Below, piece by piece: positions 15,506 to 24,825 of a stretch of DNA of 26,048 nt. A model generated the notes under the pieces. That model was not told where the DNA came from and did no database searches. It saw only the letters and a program-made list of their open reading frames with translations. The stretch is from Verrucomicrobiota bacterium (GTDB lineage: Bacteria > Verrucomicrobiota > Verrucomicrobiia > Limisphaerales > JADLHS01): contig JAYUAV010000533.1 of the NCBI GenBank assembly GCA_043741175.1, positions 1-26,048 of the forward strand, given 5' to 3'. The position numbers were made by a program, and so were the translations under genes. The first letter of the stretch is position 1, and each line of letters begins with the position of its first letter.

Positions 15506-17275
15506 ATGAAAACTCAAAACCAAGCCACGCCTCCAAACAAGTTCGTCACAGACTGGGTGAGCGACATGGCAGCACTCTGCCAACCGGATCGCATCCATTG
15601 GTGCGACGGTTCGGAATCGGAAAAACAATCACTCACCGCCGAGGCCGTCCAAGCCGGAATCCTGATTCCGCTCAATCCACATAAACTTCCGGGCTGTTAC
15701 TATCACCGCTCAAATCCCAACGACGTCGCACGCGTCGAGCAATGCACCTTCATCTGCACGGATACCGAGGACGAAGCGGGGCCTACAAACAACTGGGCAG
15801 CACCCGCCGAGATGTACACCAAACTCCACGATCTCGCGCGGGGCAGCATGAAGGGGCGCACGATGTATGTCGTGCCGTACCTGATGGGGCCGCCGGGTTC
15901 GCCGTTGAGCAAGGTCGGTGTTGAACTCACGGACTCGATCTACGTCGTGTTGAGTATGAGAATCATGACGCGCATGGGTACCATCGCGTGGAAACAACTC
16001 GGCGCGGGCAACGCTTTCAATCGTGGTCTGCATTGCACTCTCGATCTGAATCCAGACCGCCGTTACATCGCTCATTTCCCGCAAGACAACGCCATCATCT
16101 CCCTCGGCTCGAATTATGGCGGCAATGTTTTGCTCGGCAAAAAATGTCTCGCGCTACGCATCGGCTCGTTTCTCGGTCGCAAGCAAGGGTGGATGGCGGA
16201 ACACATGTTGATCCTCGGAGTCGAATCGCCCAAGGGTGAAAAAACTTATGTGGCAGCGGCGTTCCCCAGCGCGTGTGGCAAAACAAATTTTGCCATGCTC
16301 GTGCCGCCCGAACATTTCACCGGCTGGAAAGTCTGGACGGTTGGAGACGACATAGCGTGGATGAAACCCGGCCCGGACGGACGGCTCTACGCGATCAATC
16401 CTGAAGCGGGTTACTTCGGCGTCGTGCCGGGAACAAATTACAAGTCCAACCCCAACGCGATGGCCGCCATGTCGCGCGACACGATCTACACCAACGTCGC
16501 ACTCACGCCCGATGGCGACGTTTGGTGGGAAGGTAAGGATGGCCCGCCGCCAGCCGAGTGTCTCGATTGGCGCGGCAACAAATGGACGCCGGACTCGAAA
16601 GAAAAAGCCGCGCATCCCAACAGCCGGTTCGCCGCGCCGATGACCAACAACCCCATGCTCGCGCCTGAAGTCAATGATCCCAACGGCGTGCCGATCAGCG
16701 CGATCATTTTTGGCGGTCGCCGCGCGGACACCATGCCGCTCGTGTATCAGGCGTTCAATTGGATTCACGGCGTCTATATCGGCGCGACGATGGGTTCGGA
16801 GATGACCGCCGCCGCCGCTGGCGTTCAAGGTCAAGTGCGCCGCGACCCGATGGCGATGCTTCCGTTCTGCGGTTACAACATGGGCGAATACTTCCGGCAC
16901 TGGATTCAAATCCGCAAAGCACTCAAGTATCCACCGCGCGTCTTCAACGTGAACTGGTTTCGTCGCGACAAGGACGGCAAATTCCTCTGGCCCGGCTACG
17001 GCGAGAACATGCGCGTGCTCAAGTGGATTGTGGATCGTTGTCGCGGACGCGCCGACGCGAATGAAACCCCGCTCGGCTGGGTGCCCGGCGCGAAGAGTTT
17101 CGATCTCGAAGGCATGGAGGGTTTTGATGCCGCGCGATTGGAAGCCGCGCAGACCATCAACTACGAGGATTGGCGGCGCGAAGTGCTGATGCAGGATGAA
17201 CTGTTCTTCAAACTCTACTCACACCTCCCAAAAGAACTCATCTTCCAACGCGAACTTCTCGTTGCGCGGTTGTAA
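15506..17275 (+). CDS. pckG: Phosphoenolpyruvate carboxykinase (GTP)
   Basis: [65 protein letters not shown] and [15 protein letters not shown] 15506 chosen as start. Confidence 0.97.
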   Translation: MKTQNQATPPNKFVTDWVSDMAALCQPDRIHWCDGSESEKQSLTAEAVQAGILIPLNPHKLPGCYYHRSNPNDVARVEQCTFICTDTEDEAGPTNNWAAPAEMYTKLHDLARGSMKGRTMYVVPYLMGPPGSPLSKVGVELTDSIYVVLSMRIMTRMGTIAWKQLGAGNAFNRGLHCTLDLNPDRRYIAHFPQDNAIISLGSNYGGNVLLGKKCLALRIGSFLGRKQGWMAEHMLILGVESPKGEKTYVAAAFPSACGKTNFAMLVPPEHFTGWKVWTVGDDIAWMKPGPDGRLYAINPEAGYFGVVPGTNYKSNPNAMAAMSRDTIYTNVALTPDGDVWWEGKDGPPPAECLDWRGNKWTPDSKEKAAHPNSRFAAPMTNNPMLAPEVNDPNGVPISAIIFGGRRADTMPLVYQAFNWIHGVYIGATMGSEMTAAAAGVQGQVRRDPMAMLPFCGYNMGEYFRHWIQIRKALKYPPRVFNVNWFRRDKDGKFLWPGYGENMRVLKWIVDRCRGRADANETPLGWVPGAKSFDLEGMEGFDAARLEAAQTINYEDWRREVLMQDELFFKLYSHLPKELIFQRELLVARL

Positions 17276-17301
17276 TCTTAAACTCCGCAGTTGATTCCAA
17301 A

Positions 17302-17429
17302 CAACCACGGATGGACACCGATGGACACGGATTAAAACGAATTTCAATTCATTCACCCAGCGGGTGAAGCCCAGCAGTGGCGCAATTCCCCTCTCTTATC
17401 AGTGTGAATCCACCCACCATCCGTGATTG
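17302..17429. repeat. Palindromic element with 10-nt internal periodicity downstream of pckG
   Basis: CAACCACGGATGG (17302-17314) versus CCATCCGTGATTG (17417-17429) is 12/13 complementary. Decamers CACGGATGGA CACCGATGGA CACGGATTAA. Confidence 0.75.
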
Positions 17430-17535
17430 AAATCCGCTTTTGTGGTAACGGTAAAGCGACCATCGTTGCTTGTCGTTGTGGGTGTGAACCGCAGAACGCA
17501 TCAGGAATATCCGTAAGGACTTTTGCTTTTCTAGC

Positions 17536-17551
17536 TGGCACTCGCACTGCT
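17536..17551 (+). promoter_or_regulatory. Putative sigma-54 promoter with no downstream ORF
   Basis: TGGCACT-CGCA-CTGCT with correct -24/-12 spacing. Confidence 0.6.
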
Positions 17552-17561
17552 AAGTTGAGGT

Positions 17562-17700
17562 TGTCGTCGCGGCAACGGGTTGGTTGTCGCAGCTCGCGCG
17601 AGTTTCATGATTGCGCGAGATCGTCCGACAAATGGGTTGGAACTAGGTGGTTGGTTGGTTCGGCGGCGGGCGTTTGGTTGCGCTCGCCGCCGTTTTGTTT
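17562..17700 (+). ncRNA. Candidate sigma-54-dependent G/U-rich sRNA (~140 nt)
   Basis: Bounded by the sigma-54 motif and a strong terminator. Contains stem-loops and repeated GGTTG, with no credible ORF. Confidence 0.5.
17661..17700 (+). terminator. Intrinsic terminator
   Basis: CGGCGGCGGGCG-TTTGGTTG-CGCTCGCCGCCG 12-bp stem (one G.U) followed by TTTTGTTT. Confidence 0.85.
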
Positions 17701-17850
17701 GCCAACATCTCGCTGCGGCATTTTGCCCGTGCTGTTCATTTTCGCCCAGCGAACCTCTGGCTGCTTCTACTGAACTCGCTCACATTGAAAAATTATTTTT
17801 CCCTTTGGAATCAATGTGTTTCTCGCGTCCATGAATCTCTTTCACCGTGC

Positions 17851-17866
17851 TGGCATCGTTGCTGCA
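17851..17866 (+). promoter_or_regulatory. Sigma-54 promoter of glnK-amtB
   Basis: TGGCATC-GTTG-CTGCA, ~100 nt before the glnK ATG, preceded by an A/T tract. glnK-amtB is a classic sigma-54/NtrC target. Confidence 0.75.
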
Positions 17867-17913
17867 AAGGAGCGCACCAGCCGGTCCAGCGACTCGGAGT
17901 CATTGGAAAATAA

Positions 17914-18303
<390 letters not shown>

Positions 18304-18338
18304 TAGTTTTCAACCCTGAACAATTTGAATCTAAAACC

Positions 18339-19832
18339 ATGAAACGATTTCTCCTCACTCTCGCACTGATCGCCAGCACAGCATTAACCGCTGTGAACTC
18401 GCGAGCCGAAGACGCTCCCGCGACGAACGCTCCCGCTGCCGCTGCACCGGCCAAGGCTGATCCCGATCACGAACAACGCATCGCCGATCTCGAAGCCTAC
18501 ATCAACAATGTCGGTCGCGGTGCAGACGCCGTGGACGCCAAGGTCAACTCCAAGATTTCTGCGGCTGGCCCTGGCCACAACTCGTGGATGATGACCAGCT
18601 CGGCACTCGTGCTGTTCATGTCCCTGCCCGGATTGTTCCTGTTCTACGGCGGTTTGGTTCGCCGGAAAAACATTCTGTCCGTCATCGCACAATGCTTCGG
18701 CATCGCGGGACTTGTCACGATCCTATGGGTGCTGTTCGGTTACAGCGCGGTGTTCGCAGACGGCAAAGACGTGATACCCGGCGTTTGGGGTAACATGAAA
18801 TACGCCATGCTCAACGGCGTGGATAGCTTGCTCAATACGAATTACTCCTACTGGGTTTCGCACAACGTCTTCTCCATGTATCAACTCATGTTCGCGATCA
18901 TCACCCCTGCCCTGATCCTCGGCGCGATTGCCGAGCGCATGAAGTTTTCGGCCATCCTGCTCTTCATCGGTATCTGGATGGTTGTGGTTTATTTCCCGCT
19001 CGCTCACATGGTCTGGGGCATCAACGGCGCGATGAACGGGGTGTGGAACGCAGGCGCAACGATCAAGGCGATTGACTTCGCGGGCGGCACAGTCGTTCAC
19101 ATGTCGTCAGGTTGGTCGGCATTGATCCTCTGCATCATCCTAGGCAAACGGCGCGGCTTCCCGAAAGAACCGATGCCTCCGCACAGCATGGTACTTTGCG
19201 CCGTGGGCACTGGCATGTTGTGGGTCGGCTGGTACGGCTTCAACGCTGGCTCTGCTCTCGCGGCTGACGGCGTCGCGGCAAACGCCTTCATGACCACCAC
19301 CATCGCGACGGCAGTGGCTTCCTTCGTGTGGCCTGTGTTGGAATGGATTGTTCGCGGCAAGCCCAGCGTGCTTGGATTCTGCTCCGGCGCGGTTGCGGGA
19401 CTCGTCGTGGTGACACCGGCTTGCGGATTCATTGACGCGAAAGGCGCACTCGTCATCGGCCTCGCGGCGGGCATCATCCCGTGGTTTTTCTGCTACAAGG
19501 TCAAGGGCTGGTTCGGCTACGACGACGCACTCGACACGTTCGGTGTTCACGCCGTCGGCGGAACGTTGGGCGCGCTGCTCACCGGCTTCCTCGCCACGCC
19601 GAGCGTCAATGCAAACTTGAGCACAAACCTCAAGGACATCGTCGGCAAATCGCTCTGGCTCGAACAACTCAAAGCCATCGGCGTCACGCTCGCACTGGCA
19701 ATCGTCGGCACGGTCGTCATCGCCTTCATCGTGAAGGCCGTCCTCGGTGGATTACGCCCGGCTGAAGAAGTCGAAATGGCTGGCCTCGACCTCGCTGAAC
19801 ACGGCGAAGAAGGCTACCACAACGCCCGCTGA
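18339..19832 (+). CDS. amtB: Ammonium transporter AmtB
   Basis: YQLMFAIITPAL, AERMKF, DFAGGTVVH, WVGWYGFNAGS and DDALDTFGVH (twin His present). N-terminal signal peptide and linker. Confidence 0.97.
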   Translation: MKRFLLTLALIASTALTAVNSRAEDAPATNAPAAAAPAKADPDHEQRIADLEAYINNVGRGADAVDAKVNSKISAAGPGHNSWMMTSSALVLFMSLPGLFLFYGGLVRRKNILSVIAQCFGIAGLVTILWVLFGYSAVFADGKDVIPGVWGNMKYAMLNGVDSLLNTNYSYWVSHNVFSMYQLMFAIITPALILGAIAERMKFSAILLFIGIWMVVVYFPLAHMVWGINGAMNGVWNAGATIKAIDFAGGTVVHMSSGWSALILCIILGKRRGFPKEPMPPHSMVLCAVGTGMLWVGWYGFNAGSALAADGVAANAFMTTTIATAVASFVWPVLEWIVRGKPSVLGFCSGAVAGLVVVTPACGFIDAKGALVIGLAAGIIPWFFCYKVKGWFGYDDALDTFGVHAVGGTLGALLTGFLATPSVNANLSTNLKDIVGKSLWLEQLKAIGVTLALAIVGTVVIAFIVKAVLGGLRPAEEVEMAGLDLAEHGEEGYHNAR

Positions 19833-19858
19833 TCAATTGGTTTGGTTGTTGGTTCAAC

Positions 19859-19900
19859 TCGCGCCGCCGGAGGAGAAATCCCCGGCGGCGCGAAACATTT
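19859..19900 (+). terminator. Probable terminator of glnK-amtB
   Basis: TCGCGCCGCCGG/CCGGCGGCGCGA 12-bp GC stem with a weak tail (AACATTTT). Confidence 0.6.
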
Positions 19901-19982
19901 TGCCAGTCGTCTTACTCCGCAACATGGATCCGGCTAAAACAACTTTGACTTCGCGCCTGTCTTTCGCGTTTCATCTGCACGC

Positions 19983-21041
19983 GTGATTGATACTGAAGAA
20001 AGACTCGCTGCGTTTATTCCCGTCGTGCGCGCGGCGGATTGGATTGCCGTGGATACCGAGGCGGACAGCTTGCACGCGTATCCAGAAAAAGTGTGCCTCA
20101 TCCAGATCAGCACCAGTGCCGGGGATCGCCTCGTGGACCCGCTTGCGGACATCAACATTGATTCATTGCTCGACGCTCTTTCCGGCCACCAACTCATCAT
20201 GCACGCGGCGGATTACGACATGCGCCTGTTCTACAAGCATCACGGGTTCACGCCGCGAGCGATCTTCGACACGATGCTGGCGGCGCGGTTACTCGGCTAT
20301 CGCGAGTTCGGTCTGGGAGCGCTCGTTGAAAAAATTCTCGGCGTGAAGTTGGACAAAGGCCCGCAGAAAGCAGATTGGGCGCGACGACCCTTGACCGAGC
20401 GGATGGAAGTCTATGCCCGCAACGACACGCATTATCTCAGGAAGCTGGCCAATCACCTCACGCGCGAATTGACGGAGAAACACCGCCTCGACTGGCACAC
20501 GGAATCCTGCGCGCAACTCATCGCTGAATGTTCGCGCCCTGCGCCGGATGAATCTGACACGATCTGGCGCATCAAAGGCAGCCACGTTCTGAATCGCGCC
20601 GGACTCGCCGTCATGCGTGAACTCTGGCAATGGCGTGAGGACGAGGCCATCGCCGCGAACCGTCCGCCGTTTTTTATTCTCGCGCATGAGAAGATGGTAG
20701 CCATCGCCGAGGCCGCCGCCGCGAATCAGGAGATTGACCCCATCTTCCCGCGACATCTTTCACCACGTCGTCGCGAAGGGATTGCCAAAGCGATCACAGC
20801 GGCGTTTCTGCGCTCCGAAGATTCGTTCCCGCAAATTCTCCGCAACCGCACGCAACGTCCATCGGAAGCGGAGCGTCGGCGTTTTCATGTGTTGGAGGAG
20901 CGCCGCGATTCAGTGGCGCATACCTTGGGTATTGACGCGACGATCATCGCGCCCCGTTCCGCGATGGGCGATCTGGCGCGGGATTGGGACAAGCACGCGC
21001 CGGAACTGATGAACTGGCAGCGCGGGTTGTTGCAGGGGTGA
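19983..21041 (+). CDS. rnd: Ribonuclease D family 3'-5' exonuclease with HRDC domain
   Basis: AVDTEADS (Exo I), CLIQIS, MHAADYD, FDTMLAARLLG, QKADWARRPL and YARNDT, then HRDC (LWQWREDEAIAANRPPFFIL). Confidence 0.85.
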   Translation: MIDTEERLAAFIPVVRAADWIAVDTEADSLHAYPEKVCLIQISTSAGDRLVDPLADINIDSLLDALSGHQLIMHAADYDMRLFYKHHGFTPRAIFDTMLAARLLGYREFGLGALVEKILGVKLDKGPQKADWARRPLTERMEVYARNDTHYLRKLANHLTRELTEKHRLDWHTESCAQLIAECSRPAPDESDTIWRIKGSHVLNRAGLAVMRELWQWREDEAIAANRPPFFILAHEKMVAIAEAAAANQEIDPIFPRHLSPRRREGIAKAITAAFLRSEDSFPQILRNRTQRPSEAERRRFHVLEERRDSVAHTLGIDATIIAPRSAMGDLARDWDKHAPELMNWQRGLLQG

Positions 21042-21117
21042 AGTGCGCTGCACGGGTTATTCCGATCCGAGTGATCCGGTCTCGCGCATCGTGACGTAAG
21101 TTGTTTCACTGACACAG

Positions 21118-21151
21118 ACAGGGACGCATGAACAATGCGTCCCTGTTTTTG
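21118..21151 (+). terminator. Intrinsic terminator
   Basis: ACAGGGACGCAT-GAACA-ATGCGTCCCTGT followed by TTTT. Confidence 0.85.
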
Positions 21152-21255
21152 CGGTTCATCCACAAGTTGAGCTGACTCGTAGTTGTGGCCATTTCATGTC
21201 ACTGTCTGGATCATCTGGCGTTGCTTAACATGAAGTTAAGAACCAGAGCCAATTT

Positions 21256-23562
21256 ATGAAACGATTCATCCATAGCGCGCCGAACTGTTCGCGCTCGCTC
21301 CTCACTCTCATCGCATCGTTGAGTTGTTGCGCCACGATCTTCGCCGCTGTCCCGCGTCCAGAACATCCGCGCCCGGATGCCTTGCGCGAAAACTGGCTCA
21401 CGCTCAACGGCGAGTGGCAGTTCGAGATTGATGACCAAGCCGATGGCGAAGCGCGCGGTCTCACTTCCGGGAAAGAATTGTCATCGAAGATCACCGTGCC
21501 CTTCTGTCCTGAGAGCAAACTCTCTGGCGTGGGGCATTACGGCATCATGAAGCATGTCTGGTATCGGCGCGCGTTTGAAGTTCCGGCGTTGATGCGCGGC
21601 CAGCGCGTGCGATTGCACTTCGGCGGCGTGGATTATCAGACGTGGGTCTGGATCAACGGCAAACCCGTCGGCACTCACATCGGCGGAAATGTCTCGTTCA
21701 GTTTCGACATCACAAAATTCCTGCGCGATGGCAGCAATGAAGTGGTCGTCCACGCGTTCGACGACACCGCGAGTGGCAAGCAACCGACCGGCAAACAAAC
21801 CCACACCGTCAGCGAAGGCTGCGTCTATACGCGCACCACTGGCATCTGGCAACCCGTGTGGCTCGAAGCCGTCGGCTCGTCGTTCGTGGAAAACATTTCC
21901 GTCGTGCCTGATCCCGATCACTCGCGTGTGTTGATTGATGCGTCGGTGAATGGCGACGCGACGGGTCTGATGTTGACGGTCGAAGCATTCGCCAGCGGCA
22001 AGAAGGTTGGTTCGGTGACGAGTCCGGTTTCGCGGAACAGCAATCCGCTCGCGGTTGACCTCAGTCAGAAAAAGCTGTGGGAGATCGGATCGCCATTTCT
22101 GTATGACTTGAAGTTCACTCTCAAACGCGACGGTAAGAAAGTGGATGAACTCACCAGCTACTTCGGCCTGCGAAAAGTATCCATCGAAGGCCGCGCCATC
22201 TTGATCAATGGCAAACGCGTGTTCCAGCGACTGATCCTCGATCAAGGATTTTATCCCGACGGCATCTGGACTGCACCGAGCGACGATGAATTGAAGAAAG
22301 ACATCGAGCGTTCGATGGCTTGCGGTTACAACGGCGCGCGGTTGCACCAGAAAGTTTTCGAGCCGCGCTTCCTCTACTGGGCGGACAAGCTCGGCTATCT
22401 CGTCTGGGGCGAATATGCGAACTGGGGTTTCAATTTCCAGCCCGCCAACTATGCGAACTACACGAACGAATGGGCAGAAATTTTGCAGCGAGACCGCAAC
22501 CATCCCGCGCTCATCGGCTGGTGTCCGTTCAACGAAACTCCCGGCGAAGCTGGCGAGTTGCAGAAGATCGTCGTGCGCCAGACCAAAGCCATTGATCCCA
22601 CTCGTCCGGTGTTTGAAACGAGCGGTTGGTCGCACACGATTCCGAACGCTGAAGTACGAGATGACCATGACTACAACCAGAACCCCGCCAGCTTCAAACA
22701 ACGTTGGGAGGAATTCTTCTCCAGCACTCCAACGCTGCACACACCGGCTCGATATGGTTCGACAACCTCTTCAGCGCGCAAAGACCTCGGCGTGCCGTTC
22801 ATGGTGAGTGAATTCGGCGGCACGGTCTGGGGCGACACCAAAGCGGGTTGGGGTTACGGCGATGGCCCGAAAAATTTGGAGGAGTTTTATTACCGCTATG
22901 AAGGCTTGGTGAACGCGCTGTTGGATAATCCGAACATGTTCGGCTTTTGCTACACGCAGCTCACCGACGTGGAGCAGGAACTCAATGGACTCTACTACTA
23001 TGATCGTCGTCCGAAGTTCGATCTGAAACAGATGCACAAGATCACGTCGCGACAGGCGGCTTACGAAAAGACCGGCCCGACCGCACCGCAACCCACAGTG
23101 ACGGAAACGGAGCGTGATTGGAAAGTTCTCGTCGGCGCAGCGGCGGATGGCGATCTCGCGAAGCCCTATCACTTCACCACCATGACTCCGCCCGCGAACT
23201 GGACGGCGGACTTGTTTGATGACCGCGAGTGGAAGTTGGGGAATGCGCCGTTCGGCAGCGCGCTGCCGGGCGTCCGCACTCCTTGGAACACCAGCGACAT
23301 CTGGTTGCGCCAAAGTTTCCAATTCACAGACGCAGCGATCAAGACTGCCGCGCTCGTGATCTTTTACGATGAGGACACAGAGGTGTTCGTGAACAGCCAG
23401 TTGATCTGGAAAGGCAGCGGTTACACCACTGCCTATGAGACTCGCGATGTGACGGCGGTGTTGCGAAAAGCTTTGATCAAAGGTAACAACACGCTGGCGA
23501 TCCACACGCGGCAAACAGGGGGCGGACAGTTCATAGACCTAGCATTGCTTTATGAAAAGTAA
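21256..23562 (+). CDS. Exported glycoside hydrolase family 2 with C-terminal carbohydrate-binding-like domain
   Basis: Signal peptide; RPEHPRP, LNGEWQF, LHFGGVDY, TTGIWQPVWLE, LDQGFYP, RLHQK, RDRNHP...W..FNE (acid/base) and SEFGG (nucleophile). Confidence 0.92.
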   Translation: MKRFIHSAPNCSRSLLTLIASLSCCATIFAAVPRPEHPRPDALRENWLTLNGEWQFEIDDQADGEARGLTSGKELSSKITVPFCPESKLSGVGHYGIMKHVWYRRAFEVPALMRGQRVRLHFGGVDYQTWVWINGKPVGTHIGGNVSFSFDITKFLRDGSNEVVVHAFDDTASGKQPTGKQTHTVSEGCVYTRTTGIWQPVWLEAVGSSFVENISVVPDPDHSRVLIDASVNGDATGLMLTVEAFASGKKVGSVTSPVSRNSNPLAVDLSQKKLWEIGSPFLYDLKFTLKRDGKKVDELTSYFGLRKVSIEGRAILINGKRVFQRLILDQGFYPDGIWTAPSDDELKKDIERSMACGYNGARLHQKVFEPRFLYWADKLGYLVWGEYANWGFNFQPANYANYTNEWAEILQRDRNHPALIGWCPFNETPGEAGELQKIVVRQTKAIDPTRPVFETSGWSHTIPNAEVRDDHDYNQNPASFKQRWEEFFSSTPTLHTPARYGSTTSSARKDLGVPFMVSEFGGTVWGDTKAGWGYGDGPKNLEEFYYRYEGLVNALLDNPNMFGFCYTQLTDVEQELNGLYYYDRRPKFDLKQMHKITSRQAAYEKTGPTAPQPTVTETERDWKVLVGAAADGDLAKPYHFTTMTPPANWTADLFDDREWKLGNAPFGSALPGVRTPWNTSDIWLRQSFQFTDAAIKTAALVIFYDEDTEVFVNSQLIWKGSGYTTAYETRDVTAVLRKALIKGNNTLAIHTRQTGGGQFIDLALLYEK

Positions 23563-23679
23563 GATGCGCGACCTTTCAGCAAGATTGTAAAGCGTCGGTT
23601 GCTCCGTCAGGTTCAAAGTATGAAACCGATCGGGACAAGAGTTGACTGTGCGTAGTGCATGGAGCGACGCCCCCGTCAG

Positions 23680-24195
23680 TCAGGGCAGACAGGCGACGAG
23701 ACATTCTTGAGCCACGATCAGATCGCGGTTGAGTCGCACCATTTCGTCAGTGAGGGATGATAGGGCGGCACCGGGTATGTCGCGCATCAACCTGCCACTG
23801 ATTTCCACACCAGAACTAGCGTCAGCAAGGGCGGACGCATTGGCAGACTGTGAAACCACATTCAGTTCGTTTGAAGAACGGTTGATTGCAAAAATGGCAA
23901 GCGCAAGGAACGCGGCGAGTGCCGATGTCGGGATCAAACGCGGCCAGATTTTTCCCCATCCAAAAACAGGAGCAGACTCTGCGGAACTAACCGCTTGCAT
24001 GATCGAGTTATGAAGCCCTTCGGGTACTTCTGTTTCAGGCTTAGAATTCTTCAATGCTCGATCAAGTCTGGCGGAATCATCCGCGAAACGCCGCAGCGGT
24101 TCTGATTGAGTTGTGGCGAGCTTGACGGAAGGAGGAACTGGCTTTTGGTCATCTAGCGCGAAGGAGATTCTGAATTTTACGAGCCAGGTTTTCAT
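23680..24195 (-). CDS. Putative single-pass anti-sigma factor
   Basis: ATG 24195 overlaps the ECF sigma stop (ATGA). ~85-aa cytoplasmic part (PEGLHNSIMQAV), one TM helix (ALAAFLALAIFAI) and a short C-terminal part. Confidence 0.6.
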   Translation of the reverse strand: MKTWLVKFRISFALDDQKPVPPSVKLATTQSEPLRRFADDSARLDRALKNSKPETEVPEGLHNSIMQAVSSAESAPVFGWGKIWPRLIPTSALAAFLALAIFAINRSSNELNVVSQSANASALADASSGVEISGRLMRDIPGAALSSLTDEMVRLNRDLIVAQECLVACLP

Positions 24196-24797
24196 AGTGT
24201 TTTCTCCGCAAGATAGTTTGTTGAAGCAGGCGGAATCGCCCCGGCCAGAGTCTGGGCGGGATTCAACCGGGAGCCGAGAATCTCCCGGGCGCGAAAGAGC
24301 AGCACCTTGACATGAATCCGGGTTTTGCCAAGCACCTGTGCGACCTGTGCCACATCCATGTCCTCCGCATAACGAAGCCATAATGCCTGAAACTGATTGT
24401 CCGTCAGGCAACGTCGAGCCAGTTGCCAGAGTTGTTGTCGGTCTTCACGCCGGGCCAGAAGTTCTGCGGGGTGATTTTCATCCACAGCTTCAGGAATCGC
24501 AGACTCCGATACCGGGCGCGCGGCCCGGTGGCGATCAATACATTTGTGCCGCGCGATGGTGAACAGCCATGGAGCAAATTCCCTGTGTGAATCAAACTGC
24601 TGCACGCTTTGAAAGGCTTTCACAAAAGTGTCTTGTGTCACTTCGCGCGCGTCGGCGGCATTACAGCAGAGCTGCGTGGCGAAAGCGTGGACGCGATGCT
24701 CGTAGCGATGAACGAGTTGCTCAAATGCAGCCGCAGAGCCAGCCTGGGTTTGCCGGGCCAGCTCTGCGTCAGATTCCGTTGAACGTTCCGTGGTCAC
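24192..24797 (-). CDS. ECF-subfamily RNA polymerase sigma factor
   Basis: Region 2 (AFEQLVHRY...AREVTQDTFVKAF...FAPWLFTIARHKCID) and region 4 (LWLRYAEDMDVAQVAQVLGKTRIHVKVLLFRAR). Confidence 0.93.
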   Translation of the reverse strand: MTTERSTESDAELARQTQAGSAAAFEQLVHRYEHRVHAFATQLCCNAADAREVTQDTFVKAFQSVQQFDSHREFAPWLFTIARHKCIDRHRAARPVSESAIPEAVDENHPAELLARREDRQQLWQLARRCLTDNQFQALWLRYAEDMDVAQVAQVLGKTRIHVKVLLFRAREILGSRLNPAQTLAGAIPPASTNYLAEKTL

Positions 24798-24825
24798 CTG
24801 TGTTGTTCAGAATTGTGACTACCCA

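Noticed and set aside
9882-17429. Short periodic repeats as CRISPR arrays
   Set aside because: Units are 7-10 nt, adjacent and inverted, with no unique spacers and no cas genes.
17714-17748. NtrC enhancer sites upstream of the glnK sigma-54 promoter
   Set aside because: Only 10/17 and 9/17 matches to TGCACCAWWWTGGTGCA, mostly from the central ATTTT, and spaced 18 bp. Position is plausible but not supportable.
21224-21240. CTTAAC-N5-GTTAAG palindrome upstream of GH2, and TCAACA-N7-TGTTGA at 12560-12578
   Set aside because: 6-bp half-sites in AT-rich DNA are expected by chance, with no second copy to support them.
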